DNA of 64,000 bases from Cetorhinus maximus (Eukaryota), in the NCBI RefSeq assembly GCF_964194155.1, contig NC_135890.1, positions 44,640,001 to 44,704,000 of the forward strand, written 5' to 3'. Of this stretch, positions 1 through 13,671 are shown piece by piece. Numbering within the stretch: the stretch's first letter is position 1; each line of letters opens with the position of its first letter. A program made the translations under genes and the position numbers. Under the pieces are notes generated by a model. That model saw only the letters and a list, made by a program, of their open reading frames with translations. It made no database searches and was not told the origin of the DNA.

Positions 1-69
1 TTCACTACCGTAGCTGCCGTATTCAGGTAAGTTTTTCAAGGTCTCAAATCTTTTCCTGAATAAGTCCGA

Positions 70-500
70 GTTAGTGAATGGGTAAGTAGGTGAATGGGTA
101 AGTGGGTGAATGGGTAAGTGGGTGAATGGGTGAGTGAGTGAATAGGTAGGTTGTTGAGGTGGCTAGGTGAGGTGGGTAAGTGGATGAGTGACTGAGGTGG
201 GTAGGTGGGTATGGGTGAGGTGGATAAGTGGTTAGTTGGGTCAGTGCGATAGTTGGGTGGTCGGGGGTAGTCGGGTCTGGACAGGGGGTGGTTGGAGTGT
301 AGTCGGGAGTGGTCGGGTAGGGGCTAGTCAGGTTGGGTCAGAGGTAGGTCAGGTCGGGCTGGGGTAGTCAGGTGGGAGGCATAGTCGGATCTGTTCAGGG
401 GGGTGTAGTCTGGTCTGGCTGGGGGTGGTTGGGGTGTAGTTGGGTCTGGTCGGGTGGGTGGCTGGGAGGTGGTTTTAGTCAGGAGGATGGACGGATGGTT
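70..500. repeat. G/T-rich low-complexity repeat (GGGTGAATGGGTAAGT, then GGGTAGTC-like units)
   Basis: Degenerate short tandem units visible directly. Confidence 0.7.
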
Positions 501-934
501 GCGGGTGATTGGGGGTACATTTTTGGTGCTCAGTTGAGTTACTCTGGCTAACCATTGAGTTAGACCAGGTATTAAACTGTCTAACATTTCCAAGGTATGT
601 ATGCAGTTAAATCCTGTGTATCCGGCACAAGTCTTCAGCCTGAACACAGGTCGGCGACCTTTGTGGAGGGTTCCAGGCTGCAGGGATTCAGTCCATTTGA
701 GGTTTAAACTTCCAGGGGAAATTTCTGCATATGTATGTATGTCAAAGCTGGCTTCTGCAGGGTCCTGATGCTCATCTCCAAATATACGTCCCATCTCTGA
801 TGATCCAGAGAACAGAAGATTTGGGCCATTGATATTGTTGCTTTGTAGGCAAATGCGACAATCCAGCTTGTGCACGTGAGATTCAGCAGACAGCAATATA
901 ATAACTAAGTGGATTTCCTGCTTTTGATGTTGTT

Positions 935-1115
935 GTTTGAGGGCTAAATGTTGATCAGGGCACCTGAACAGGGATGTCAGTTTAATGTTTCATTGAAAGA
1001 TGGCACCTCCAAAAAATGCAGTAATTCATCACTGGATTGTCAGCCTGGATTTAATCTTAAACCCTGAAGTGGGGTTTGAATCTGCAACCTTGTGACTTCA
1101 AAAAACTAACAGAGC
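935..1115 (-). mobile_element. Decayed tRNA-head/Deu-type SINE fragment
   Basis: Reverse complement resembles the 5' part of the SINE at 12140 (ggggtttgaatctgcaacctt, gatggcacctcc). Confidence 0.45.
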
Positions 1116-1224
1116 TAAGTTGGACTGTAACATTACAATGCTTCAACAATACCATTTATTCAAAGTATACTTTAGACCTTGGAATTTTAAAATTATTTCT
1201 TCATATCACATCTTGAATGTGATG

Positions 1225-1470
1225 GGAACACCACCACCTGGAAGTTGACCTCCAAGCTGCTCACCATCCTGACTTGGAAATATATTGCTGTTCCTTCACT
1301 GTTGCTGAGTCAAGATATTGGAACTCCCTCCCTAACAGTGCTGTGGGTGTACTTACACCACAGGAGCTGCAGCAGTTCAAGAAGGCGGCTCACCACCACC
1401 TTCTCAAAGACAACTAGGGATGGGCAATAAATTCTGGCCCAGCCAGCGACACCCACATCCCTTTAACAAA
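1225..1470 (+). mobile_element. 3' tail of CR1-group LINE family B
   Basis: Same tail as 32280-32530 (gggatgggcaataaa...ccagcgacacccacatccc). Confidence 0.8.
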
Positions 1471-3627
1471 TAAAACAAAATTATTTTCTTTTTTTTACAT
1501 TGTTTTAAAAATACTATAACTGAAGCCATTTCTATAATTCTGAGATGTGAGCAAAACATAAACCTAAATTCCCCTATTAAAAGTATTTGTTGGGCAAAAA
1601 AAATGTGACACCTCACTCATAGCACCTGATACACAAAAAACTAACTGTAACTAAAGATTCATTATGAATCAGTGTAGTTTCTGAAATAACAAAGAAACCT
1701 TAAGGTCATTACTTGTTAAAATATCTCATGCATAATGCAGCTACAGTGAAAAGCCAAATAGCTGGCAAGATCAGCTGTTCCTTTTTACCCCAAATAGGTA
1801 GATCTTGTAAGAAGTGGAGTGAATTTAAGTAGTTGTAAAACAACTGCATGTTTATTGGTTTTAATTGACTGATTTCTTAATGCTGTATTTTTATGATTAG
1901 TGAGGGGACAGTTAATGCAATCTAACCCCCAGTAATCATTTTCTTAAAAAATGCTAAACTACTGAGATAAAAATTGTATGTTGAATTTAGTTTCCTTTGG
2001 CTTCCAGTACTCTTCATGCACAAGATAATTTTTTGTTTGAAGTGGCCCCTTCATCCAATCGCCTAACTGTTGTTCCAGTTAATCCTTGTGTTTTCACCTT
2101 TTTTCAAACAAATTTTAGTCCTGACTGATAAGAATGAAATCCACAATGCTCGCAGAATTTCTTGTTAATCAATTAGTAACTGTACAATTGTTGTGATGTC
2201 AATTCAAAATGTAATTGCATAAAATGATTTTGGAGGCAATGGTTATTTTTAAAGTGTTTTTAAATTCTTGTCAATACATTTATTTTAAACAGCAAAATCA
2301 ATTGCAGTAAAATGAGGTGTGTAACCTTCATTGATTTTTTTCTGTGCACTGCCACTGCCATTGAAACTGAAGATTATTTACCTGCTAAATACAGCTTCTG
2401 CAATAAGAGTATCAATATTTTTGCAATAATATGAAATTTGTCAATATTTTTAGTCACATATCATGAATTAGTTTTGATATAAACACTTTATTACTTTGTT
2501 TGTATAGATTGTGTTTTAATAATTGCATTTTGGTTTCCAGGGTTGTTGTTAGCACACTACCTTTTTATCGCTAGGGCTTGGGTTTGAATTTATTGCAGCT
2601 GAATGAAATAGAAATTCACTGCTAAAAGTAGGAGTTTGAACTAAAATGAATTTTGGCAATAAAAACCCAATTCTTAATGGACGAAGATGCACAGCACAAA
2701 ACTGCCTTCAAACGAGCGCTGATTTAGATGTACAAGGGAATGTGGGAAATAGAACTTTCACACTGGTGTAATGCAGATGCACTTTGGAGATTGGAACAAA
2801 GGCACATGATTACCGTAGAAGAGATAGCAATATACTCAGCCTTGAGGCTATTCGATGGTTGGCTAAGGACCACTTGATGCCGATGCTTCATATCCAAAGT
2901 AGAAAGTAACCTCTTCATTCCGGAAATCTGAAATCCGGAAACACCAATTTTCCGGAATTGTTTGACCAGGCCCTGCAACTCGCAGACTCATCACTCGTGG
3001 CGCTGTAACAAATTGCAAAATAGGAGACAAGATGACTGACATTGGAAGAAAAGTTGTTTAATTAACTAGGAACTTAAATTAAGAATCAAAGCCTTTCACA
3101 TTGGTTGTAGAATTGCCAATCTTCCTAGGAAAACAAATTGTTCTTTTTTTTTATATTGAATGTTTATCATTACCCTACTTTCTCTAGCCTGGGCCTGTTG
3201 TAGTGCTAATTCAGGGTCCTGTGTTACACTGTGACCTCGCGCTGCATTTTCCCATGCTATAGTCGCTGTGTTCCCCTTCACCATAACCCACCACTCTCTG
3301 CCCTCAGTTGGTTTGCAGTAGCGTTTCTGAGCAGATCCAGGTATACTGATGTAGTTTCTAAAATAAACAATTTTTATTAGTGCCTTATAATGCTTTGTCA
3401 CATGTTTCAGACAGGAGAGAGAGGCAGAACTGAACCCTTATCCTCTCGCTGTCTGTCCATAAGCAGGGGTGTTTTTAATTGTTTAAAGATAGGCTGTGGT
3501 GTGTTTCCCCAAACTCTCAGTTTGTGAAGTCCAACTTCTAAAGTGATTTGCTGCAAATTCTCTTTATGAATAAAACAGAAGGTTAGTTTATTCACACATT
3601 GAAACCCGGTGAGATGATCACAATTTT

Positions 3628-3652
3628 ACACACACACACACACACACACACA
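3628..3652. repeat. (AC)n microsatellite
   Basis: About 12 AC units. Confidence 0.95.
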
Positions 3653-4456
3653 TGCAGTAAGGGAGATAGAAAAGAGGAGTTTTACAACTATGAATAACTT
3701 AACAGTGAAAGAACCACAGAAATGGATATCAGTTCACATGATTTCCAGAGTCAAAGTCAGAGTCCAGAGGGGAGGTTCCTTCACGAAGTTCCAGTTCCAG
3801 TGGGTTCCTGGCAGAAGACAGCAGTGGATGGCAATGCAGCGAGATGAAATTGCTGAACATAGAATTGGTCTGCTTGGCAGGTAATAGTCAGAGGCTTCCA
3901 GAAAAACAGGCTTTGAGGGGCTGAGACTTATTGTCGGTTGCTTAGTCAACCTGGTGTCCTGCTGTTGGTCTTGCAGGTTGGAGGTAAATCAGCAGACTGC
4001 TTGTTTCTGAGTTCTCAACTGAATATAGAGATTTCAAAATGGTCACTTGAGTCATGTGTCCTCCTTCCTCAACAATGATTTCATAAAGAGATGTTTATCT
4101 GGTTGTTGGAGCTGGATTTTGTTTTATGGCTTATAATGTCCCAGTTATTAGCCTCTGAAAGAGTCATAATCCGTATTAATGACCCTGTTCCAAGTAACTA
4201 TTATCTTGGTAGACCCTCGGACTCTGCTAGAGTGGTAAGCTTATAAAGATGCAAATGACGTCCATTCCCTTCCACAGTTCCTTTTTGAAATGGATTTTGA
4301 CAGTCCAAGGTGTGGGATGGTGGTTGTTGGTGCCTCTGCAGGTATAATGAGTTTCAATGTCTCTCTCTTTGTTATAGCCCTCCGGTTTCATGGATTATAA
4401 TGGGTATTTACAATGAAGCATGAGATTCCACAAGGATGAGGGTGGAACTCATTTGT

Positions 4457-4995
4457 CACCACTCCCAAGTCCAAGGAAGATTGGAAAACTATGGCCAGTG
4501 CCTCCGCAATTTCCACTCTCACTTCCCTCAGCATCCTTGGATGCATCTCATCTGGTCCTAGTGCCTTATCAACCTTAAGTACAGACAGCCTATCCAAACC
4601 ACCTCCTTATCAATTTTAAACCCTTCAAGTGTCTAAACTACTTCATCTTTCACCATGACCTGTGCAGCATCTTCTTCCTTGGTAAAGACAGATGCAAAGT
4701 ATTCATTTAATACCTCAGCTATGCCCCTTCCTCCATGAGTAAATCTCATTTTCGGTCCCTAAGTAACCCCACCTCCTCCTTTTACCATCCTTTCACTATT
4801 TATATGCTTATAGAAGATTCCATTTTATGTTAACTGCCAGTATCTTCTCATACTCTCTCTTTGCTTCTCTTATTTGCTTGTCCAATTCCCCTCTGAACCT
4901 TCTATATTGAGCCTGGTTCCCAGTTGTATTTTCCGCCTGACATTTGCCATAAGCACACTTTTTTCTCATCTTAATCTCTATCACATTTGTCATGC
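4457..4995 (-). mobile_element. CR1 LINE ORF2 fragment
   Basis: ORF 4388-4597 gives KALGPDEMHPRMLREV...ALAIVFQSSLDLGVV, homologous to ORF2 at 59759-60817. Confidence 0.85.
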
Positions 4996-5399
4996 CATCT
5001 CTACCCTTTACACTACTACTATGCACTAATAATACTATCCTCATCTATATTTGGATAATTAAAAACTTCCTTTGAGATGTTTCTTAAAGCACATCTTTAT
5101 CATCTGTGTGTATGCTGACAATGCCCAACTCCCCTCAATGTCTCCATTTCCTCTGGGTTGTTAGATTATTTCTCCAGCATTCAGTCTTGGATGAGCTGCA
5201 ATGTTTTCTGGCTACACACTGGGAAGACTGAAGCCACAAACTCCATATCTTTGCCACTGATTTCATCTCCTCTCTAGCCACTGTCTCATGTTGAACTTGA
5301 TCAGTTGCAACCTTGGCAACCTACTGCCTGTCAACTGCCATTGCAAACTTCAACTGTGCATATGTACCTCCTGGTTTAGCTCCTCCAATACTCAGCTGG

Positions 5400-5647
5400 T
5401 GTTGTAGGGTGGCCGAGTTGTGCTATTAATGATATAATTGATCTGCAGATATTTCTTGGGTGGAAACATTAATTTTATTTACAATATACTCAGCAGCAAC
5501 TACACGTGTGCCTTCAACTCCAACTCTACACTTACTGCTGAGGTAGCCCGAGCCACTCTCCTATTGGTTACTACAGATCATATGATCTTGCCTAACAAGT
5601 ATTATTCTTAAAGGTGCATTACATTAAATAAAACCATAATTACTACA
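5400..5647 (-). mobile_element. Solo LTR inserted into an L2-like remnant
   Basis: Termini TGTTGTA...TACTACA, exact 5-bp TSD GCTGG (5395-5399 and 5648-5652), AATAAA on the minus strand near 5474. Confidence 0.7.
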
Positions 5648-6837
5648 GCTGGGTAGGTCCTAGCCTCTAAAAACTAAGTTGTCCCATCCTATCCTGCCCT
5701 CAGTCATGCTCATCCATGTTTTCACTCACTTACAATGGTCCCTGCACGCAATGTCTGATATTTCAGATTCTCATCCAGGTTTTTAAATTTCTTCTAATCT
5801 AAAACCAGTATCCTGCCTTAGGCGTTTGCCATTCTTGTCCTTGCCCACCATGGTCTTGCCCCTCTTATCCCTGTAACCTCCTCCAGTCCCACAACCCTCC
5901 AAAACATGTGCACCCGCCTAATTCTGGCCCCTTGAGCATCCCTGATTTTAATTGCTCCACCCTACATTGCTTTGATCGACCTATGGCGACGTGTCTTCAG
6001 TAAGTTATTTTCATACTGCTCATTATTATACACAACCCAGCAAAGAAAAATCTCAAAATTGTAGGAAGCAAAAATATAGACCCAGAATATAAACCTCTCC
6101 CACTCATGAATATTTAGTTAGACATGATAGAAGCACATCGCATACCTTGGCATTAACGCCATGCATCAGTGTTAGCCCTATTTCTTCCACTGGCCAAACT
6201 AACTCTCACGATAAGGAGGCATTTACCTGCAGAAGGAACTTATCTTCGACAAATTTATAAAGGGTTTTATACCTTAGAATTAGGTGTGTTTGGTGTTTTA
6301 TGCAAAACCGCAGTAAGCTTTAGTTTTTTTCGTTAAGTTTCGTTTTGCAAACTAAGAACGAAATGCAATTATGGAGCAGGAAAGATTTGATCATTTCCCT
6401 TACACGAGAAATCATGGCACGTTTGAACCAGTGGTTGGCGCTCAAAACCCGTGAAGATAATAATTCGGGAAAGCTCTCAGTACGAGCGCCTTTTTCAACT
6501 ACATATTTATCAATTCTCACCAGGGGCTGAAAATTACCCGCGCTGTTAATGACAATGCTGCATCTTTGATTTATAGTACACACAAGCGTCCAAGCACAAT
6601 GGAAGCATACTTTTCAGCTGCCTATTTATTTCTAAATTACAAATTGTATCATGGTTTATGTTTTTGTTCAACATAACCTGCTTGTACATCATCCTATATG
6701 ATTACCGTCAACTCTCAACTCACGATCATTCTGTGCTGCTAAATAATGCAGAAGTGGATATCGTTGCAGTTCTGAGGCTTTTCGACTCTCAACGAAAAGC
6801 GATGCCAATTCATTGACGTCTTTGGGTACATTCAGTA

Positions 6838-7010
6838 ACAAAAACAGAAAATGCTGGAAACATTCGGCAGGGTCAGGCAACATCTGTGGCGAGATCTGCC
6901 AAGTTAAGGGTGTGGGCCTTTCGTCAGCTGCTGTCTGACCTGCTGAGTGCTTCCAGCACTTCCCTGTTTTAATAGATTTTCAGCATATGAAGTTTGTTTT
7001 CGCTTTTTTT
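6838..7010. mobile_element. Old Penelope-derived short element, inverted-arm form
   Basis: Diverged aaaacagaaaatgctggaaa...cagcatc arm followed by its reverse complement. Confidence 0.65.
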
Positions 7011-7162
7011 TGACTATTTCACGCTGTGCTTTTGTCCTGTGTATGGATCCCTGTTTATTTTTTACGTGTATCAGTCCGAATGAAAAACAGCTGCGAAATT
7101 GACGCGTTTAAAATGTTAAAATGGTTGGATAAGGTAGATACAGAGAAACTATTTCCTCTGTT

Positions 7163-7292
7163 CTGTTGAAGAGTCATACGGACTCGAAACATTAACTGTA
7201 TTCCTCTCCGCAGATGCTGCCAGACCTGCTGAGTTTTTCAAGGTATTTTTAATTTTGTTTTGGATTTCCAGCATCCGCAGTTTTTTGCTTTT
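7163..7292 (+). mobile_element. Penelope-derived short element with hammerhead-like motif, inserted in a CR1 3' fragment (~7105-7440)
   Basis: 16-bp TSD AACTATTTCCTCTGTT (7147-7162 and 7293-7308). Element starts CTGTTGA-A-GAGTC-ATACG-GACTC-GAAACATT-AAC. Confidence 0.85.
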
Positions 7293-8179
7293 AACTATTT
7301 CCTCTGTTGGAGGATTCAAGAACAAGGGGGGCATCGAGCTGAGCCCTTCAGGGGCAAGATCAGGCATCACTGATTCATAAAAAAGGTATGAGAAATCTTC
7401 AATTCTCTGCCCCAAAATGCTGCAGATTCTGTGTCAGTTTGAACTCTTATCCTCCATCAAGGATCTGCACTAAGGAAGTCAGCTGTGCAACCAACACATT
7501 CTGCTATTAAACAATTTGCGTAATAATCTCCAATAAACAGGCAGCAACTGAGGTTAATATTTTGAAAGCCACTTGTTCCATCACTATTATTCACCGGTTA
7601 AAATTCCATAGCTAACCCTTCTACATTTTGTTTCAAAAATGTTTGGAACCAATAAGTTGCTTTTGGGATGTAACCCCCCTCCAGTAAATTCAGCCAATGA
7701 GCATCACTATCCGGAAGCATGCAGTAAGTATCAGTGCCAAGGTGCTGAGGTAAGTTAAGGAGAAAAGGCGGTGGGGGGAGGGGGGGGGTGGGGGTTGGGG
7801 GTTAAATGTAATAGTATGTGTTGGGAGGAAGAACGGTGAACATGTAGAGAGGAACTGGATCCAGAGTGGGACAGAGCAACAGCAGTCAGACAGAAACAGA
7901 GAAACACTCACACAACAGGAACAACGCAGACAGGAATGTATGAACAACACAGGCAGAATCGGACATACATGTGCACAGAAGCAAAACAATATCCGGAAAG
8001 AAAAAGTGGATCAACACAACGGAAGGGACATAGGAATTAAAACTAAAGAGGACTAAACGAGTTACTCCCAGACAGGTAAAATACATCTTGACAGGAACAC
8101 ATGTAGAAGTTTCAGGCAGGAGGAACACTGGCGAGAACGTGACAAATAAAGATAGATAGGGACAGATTCACAACATTCA

Positions 8180-8720
8180 ACAGCAATTACAACTTCTATT
8201 TATATGGTGCCTTTAAATGTAATAAAATGTTCCAAGGCACCTCACAGAGACTTTATAAAACAAAATATGACACCGAGTCACAAAATGAGATATTAGAGCA
8301 GATGACCAACCATTTGGTCAAAGGGTAGTTTTTAAGGGGTTTATTAAATGAGGAAAGCAAGATAGAGAGTTGGAGAGGTTTAGGGAGCGAATTCTGGAGC
8401 TTAGGGTCCAGGCAGCTGAAGTCACAAGAACACAAGGGTAGGCCATTCAGCCCACTTGAACCTGCTTTGCCATTCGATAAGATCATGGCTGATCTGATTG
8501 TGATCTCAACTCCACATTCCCACCTACCCCCGATAACCCTTGACTCTCTTGTCAATCAAAAATCTATCTCAGTTGCCAATGATGGAGTGATTAAAATCAA
8601 GGATGCACAAGAGGCCAGAAATAGAGGGGCGTAGATGTCACAGAGAGTTGTGGGACTGGAAGAGATTACGAGATAGGAGGGGCAAGGCCATGGGTAGGTT
8701 TGAAAACAAGGATGATGTCA
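8180..8720 (-). mobile_element. L2-type LINE 3' end with a nested CR1 tail (~8425-8570)
   Basis: Reverse complement matches the 3' end of the L2 copy at 36600-36960. Confidence 0.7.
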
Positions 8721-9169
8721 TCATCGAAAATTGGAAGCTAACGTTGTGTTTTCAGATGATGTTGCCAAGAGACATCATTTAGTTGAGAAATCAGAGAGGG
8801 CCAAAATTGGATGCTTGGGAGTTAAACAGAAATAGAAAAGTAAGTACACAGATAGGAACATCATCCAGACAGGTTCACATCAGTTGCACTTGGATAGGAA
8901 TAATAGAGTTACAGCCATACAGGAACAATGGCTGTACTCCCAAACAGGAAAAGAATAACAATGTAAGAGTTTGACCTACACAGTGATAACGCCAGAACAG
9001 GAAAATAGCAATAGAACCTAAAGAATAACATCAGCACATAAAAAGGAACAAATAATCATATTCAAACAGAAACAAAGGATCACTTAGAAAGAAACTGTGG
9101 AACAACACAATGGTAGGAACAAAGGGGGCATTGGAGTTACAGATAAATGGGGAAGAAAAACAAGAATCC

Positions 9170-10950
9170 TAGAATTACATAGAAAATACAGCACAGAAAC
9201 AGGCCATTTGGCCCAACTAGTAAATGCCTGCATTTATGCTCACTTCAGCCTCTTTCCATCCTTCCCTATGTAACTCTTTCTCAATTCCTTTCTCCCTCTT
9301 GTGCTTATGATTTGCCTCAGCTACTCCATGAGGTGGTAGGTTCCACATTCTCACCACTCTCTGTGTAAAGAAGTTTCTTCTAAATTCCTTCTTGATTTCT
9401 TGGTGACTTATATTTTGATAGCCTTTAGTTATACTCTTCCCACAGGTAGAAACACTCTCGCTGTGTCTACTTTATCAAAACCCTTTTTCAATTTTAAAGA
9501 CCTTCATTAGGTCATCCCTCAGATTTCTCTTTTCACAAGAAAAAAGGTCCAAGCTGCTCAATGTTTCTTGATTGGTACAGCCTTGCTGTTCTGATGTTAT
9601 CCTTATAAACCATTTTTGCACCCTCACCAGTCCCTTTTCATATTTTGTAAAATGTGGTGACCAGACTGTATACAGTATGCCAAGTGTAGTCTTGTCATTA
9701 TTGGCTGTCCTTGATTCAGGGATGACGTCTACTCAGGGTTGCAAGTTTAGGTCATGGGTCTTCGTGTGACTGAACAGACCAATTCTCGACCTTCAGATCT
9801 TTGAGAAAATCGGGCAGGACATCCCATGAGGTAGTGGATCCAGAGTGCAGGATTTGTTTCCTTTTCTTTCCTTCTTTGCCATTGCTCTGCCTGACCATTA
9901 AGGCATTCTGACTCAAAGCGTGATGCAGCTTGATAGATAAGTTCCTCTCTGTCATTCATGTCAATGCTGCGCACTTCAAGGAGAACTTCAGAGTGTCTTT
10001 GAAGCGCTTCCTTTATCCTCACCTGGCAGACTGGCCAGTTGAAAGTTGAGAAAACAGGACCTGGCAGTGTCCAGTCCCTTGAAATTGATTTTGCCTGAAT
10101 GTTAGTGGAACTGGTTTCAAAAAGGGCATGAACATGTGTTTGATAGTTCTCCCATTGAATCCGGAGGTTGCAACGGCAGAGGCACTGCTGATGAAATTTC
10201 ACTGGCGCTCTTATGTGTCACTGATATGCAGCCCAGGTCTCACTGCAGTACAGGAATGTGGTGACAACAACTAGGACTTCTGTTGACTTGCAAAGGTCTT
10301 TGTTGTCAAAACACACTGGCCATAGTTTGTAGAAGGCTGAAATGGTGCAGCTGACCTGGTGTGGATCTCCTCATCAATGGTGGCCTTTTGAGAGAGGTGG
10401 CTGCCAACATATGGGAAGTGCTCAACATATTCCAAGTGTGGTCGAACCAAGGGTTCAATATAAATTTAGCATGATTTCTGTATGTTTCAATTCTAGCACT
10501 CCAGAAATAAACTCTAGTGCTCAGTTTGCTTTCGTTATGGCTTTTTGACCTCTGTCACAACTTTTAGTGATTTCTGTATTTGTACCCCTGGATTTTTCTG
10601 CTCCTTTACCCCATTTATATTCTTATTTTCCCAAGTAATATGTGACCTCCTTATTTTTCTTACTAAAATGTAACATATCACACCTGGGAAGTTTGTTTGC
10701 AAATGATACGCCCATACTTCAAGTTTAGTAATGTCTTCTTGTAATTTGCTACAGTCCTCCTCAGTGTTATGGTCCCTCCCAGTTTGGTGTTGCCCCCAAA
10801 TTTAGAAATTGTGTTTTTGATTCCAAAGTCTAAAATGTTATTAGAAATTGTTACCAACAAGAGTCCCAACATGGATCCTTGTGGAACCCTACTTCTCATC
10901 TTCTGCTACTTTCAATATCTACCCCTTACCCCTTTGCTATCCTCTTTGCT
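9170..10950 (-). mobile_element. CR1 LINE 3' fragment interrupted by an RTE insertion
   Basis: CR1 tail at 9170-9230. RT motifs VPQGSMLGLLL and ISKFGGNTKLGG in ORF 10678-10899. Confidence 0.8.
9692..10431 (-). mobile_element. RTE-clade LINE 3' fragment
   Basis: ORF 9747-10202 gives FHQQCLCRCNLRIQWE, an RTE C-terminal FHxRCLRxILxIxW-like motif. Near-perfect TSD CCAAGTGTAGTC / CCAAGTGTGGTC (9680-9691 and 10432-10443). Confidence 0.7.
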
Positions 10951-11396
10951 TTCTGACAGCAATAGAGATGTAATACCTAGATAAAAACAAAGGAACAAAA
11001 TCCAGTCAGGTTCATAGCAGTTTCACCCATAAAGGAACAATGGATGCATTCCGTACAGGAAAAGAGTAACAATATAAGCAGTTTCATAGAAACAGGAAAG
11101 TAGCAATAGAACCTAGACAAGAATAACACCAACACATAAAGAGGAACAAATAACAATATTCATGCAGGATCAGGGGATTTACACTCAGACAGGAATAGTG
11201 TAATTGTACCCAGAAATGAAAAGTTGCGTCACACCCCAAAGGTAAAATTAGGAAGCAAATACAGGAAAGAAATTGGAAATGACATTTGAAAAGAAACATA
11301 ACACCCATACAGTAACATTCATGCATAACAATAAGCAGAAAACTGATTGGAAGTAAGCAGCAAAAGGTAAACAGTAATACTGCACAAAGGTTGATT

Positions 11397-12052
11397 CCTG
11401 GATTTTACTGTGATAATCGTGGTGAAGCTGTCAGCACTCACCATCATTATTGCACTGAAACTGACCAACGACTTCAGCACTTGACACATGTGCAGAATAA
11501 TGCAAAAATCCAGAAGCTGCTCTTAGTGCATCTCCACTGTTGGTCTTGCTGTAAAAACCATGGAAAAAGTTGCACCTTGTTGAATGAGGCGTAACAGGGC
11601 TTTTAAAGGCACATTAACTTCATGATTACAACTAAACACCCTCACTGGCCCTGAAAAGATAATTTTATAGTTGAGGAAAGTCAAACTTCTGCATAATGAT
11701 TAAAAGTTCCTCATTTTAAAAACATATAAATGCATTTTAGAAGTCTGTTTATCTATATTTCAGCTTCTATGAATATAGCCAGAAATTTATTTTGAAATTT
11801 AAGGTGAAGAATTTTAAGTGCTTTTAACTTGCTGGTTTGCCGTATGTGAATACTTTGATTTGATTGGTTACCTACATGCTTGCTGACATTACTGCTGCTG
11901 CATGCCAAGACATCTCCTTGCCTTGGCCTCAGCTTTAAACCACCACAGGAAAGGGAAAATTCCACCACTGAGATCACTAGGTCTTTGTGGGCAGCTTTCT
12001 TGAGGGTCTGCAGTGAGCATCATTGCTTCACCACTGCACACAAAATCTGGGT
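11397..12052. mobile_element. Old non-autonomous DNA transposon (MITE, Harbinger-like termini)
   Basis: Imperfect terminal inverted repeats (cctggattttactgtg..gtggtgaagc / gcttcaccactgcacacaaaatctggg). Related copy at 47494-48259. Confidence 0.5.
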
Positions 12053-12139
12053 TCATGTATGTATGTGTGTGGACTTGTATTGAATTGAACAAATTCGTGT
12101 TGTGAAGTGAACTGTGAGGAATACTGAACTGATACCCTG

Positions 12140-12675
12140 TTTGCTGTGGCTCAGTTTGTAATGCTGTCGCCTCTGTGTCAGAAGAATGTGGGGACTAGGA
12201 CTTCAAGACTTCAAGCCCCTCCAGGACTTGAGCACAAAAAAGTCAGGTTGACACTCCAGAGCAGTACAGAGGGAATAAAAACAAAACTGCTGGAAATGCT
12301 CAGCAAGTCAGTTCAGACGTGCCGTGTATTTCCAGCATTTTTTGTATTTATTTCAGATTTCCAATACCCTCAGTATTTTGCTTTTGTATCAGTATGGAGG
12401 GAATGCTGCACTGTCAGAGGTGTTTCTCAGATGGGATGCTAAAGATCCCATGGTACTATTTTGAAGAAGAGCAGGGGAGTTATCCCTTGTATTTTGGCCA
12501 ATATTTACCCCTCAATCAACATCACAAGAACAGATTTATCTGATCATTATCACAATGTTGTTTGTAAGTGTTGCTGTGCGAGTCTCCTACATTTTAACAG
12601 TGACTACACTTCAAATTGTACTTTTGTGAAGTGCTTTGCGATGACTTCTGGTCATGAGAGACGGTAAATAAACGT
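12140..12675 (+). mobile_element. Deu-domain SINE (SacSINE1/AmnSINE-like) with a nested Penelope-derived element (12277-12389)
   Basis: tRNA-like head gctgtggctcagt..., Deu core ggtactattttgaagaagagcaggggagtt. The nested element has an imperfect 15-bp TSD (12262-12276 and 12390-12404). Confidence 0.75.
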
Positions 12676-13671
12676 TATTTTTCGTCCAATTATTTTTTTG
12701 CATCACTCATAATGAGTTGTGAGGAAAACGATTATAAATGCAGTTTGTAAATGAGTACTTGAAGCATCAACAGACATTGAGCCAAGGACCTGCCTTCGGA
12801 CAGAGCACTCTTGGAAGGAAATGGAATGAGTATCTTGAAATAGGAAATATGCGAATGTTTTACGATTGTGCAACGTGCAGTGAATTAAAAATGCATCTTT
12901 GACGGATTTATACGCTACAATCGTTTTTCAGTGTGAACTATTTGGTACAATAGAACTTTTTCAATTTCATATGATTTAGCCAGTAAAATTCTGTTCGCAC
13001 TGCTCGTTATAAGCCACATATCCAGCCATTGATCTCAAAATTGCTTGCACCATAAATGTAGAGCCAAGGTACCTCCCCTGGCATTCTTGTGCATATGGAG
13101 GCGCGGTCGAATCACGTCGTATACTCTGGCATTGAAAACATGTGGGATAACTAATTGAACATACCTGCGATGACTTATGATGCTACAGAAGCAGGTATTA
13201 GGGCCAAAGCACGCAATCAAATCCATTTAAGTCAAACCGGCTTTGGGTAATGTGTTGCACAATCCTAAAATCAGGAAATGAGTACACTAACTTAAATCGA
13301 CCTTGTTACAGGTGATACACAACATCAGCTGATCAATGTGGCTTTGCTCACGGTTTACTATAGAACAAAATCCTGAGGGGCTTGGTGCAAGAATAAACGT
13401 ACACACACACTTTATGAATGATTAAAAAAAATAATCAGCGCGTATCTAGAGCCAAGTGTAAATCTAGGAGCAGTGCCCTGTAAATCCGAATACTGTACGG
13501 GCCCCAGTGCCACGCGGCGATGAAAGTGAATCGGAAACCTTCACAGAATTGCTGCCATCAATTCCAAAGCCTCTTCTCAAACTATGTATGTGTCACAGTG
13601 CAATTACACTTCATTGGGTACCAGTCAACTGCCGAACCAATATCTAAGGCCAGCAACTGTGCCAGAGGGCA

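Larger units (their letters stand above)
7840..11390. repeat. Degenerate A-rich tandem array built on ACAGGAA, split by later TE insertions (pieces at 7840-8170, 8820-9170, 10960-11390)
   Basis: Recurrent acaggaa/acagaaa motifs; 8940-9070 and 11055-11170 are clear direct homologues. Confidence 0.6.

Noticed and set aside
324-896. 190-aa minus-strand ORF with a Pro/Thr-rich end
   Set aside because: It arises from the G-rich low-complexity repeat and has no recognisable domain.
2545-2890. Possible LF-SINE-like relic
   Set aside because: Too diverged to support by eye.
3495-4458. Possible minus-strand solo LTR (similar-looking block at ~33700-34600)
   Set aside because: I could not establish paired TG...CA termini or a TSD.
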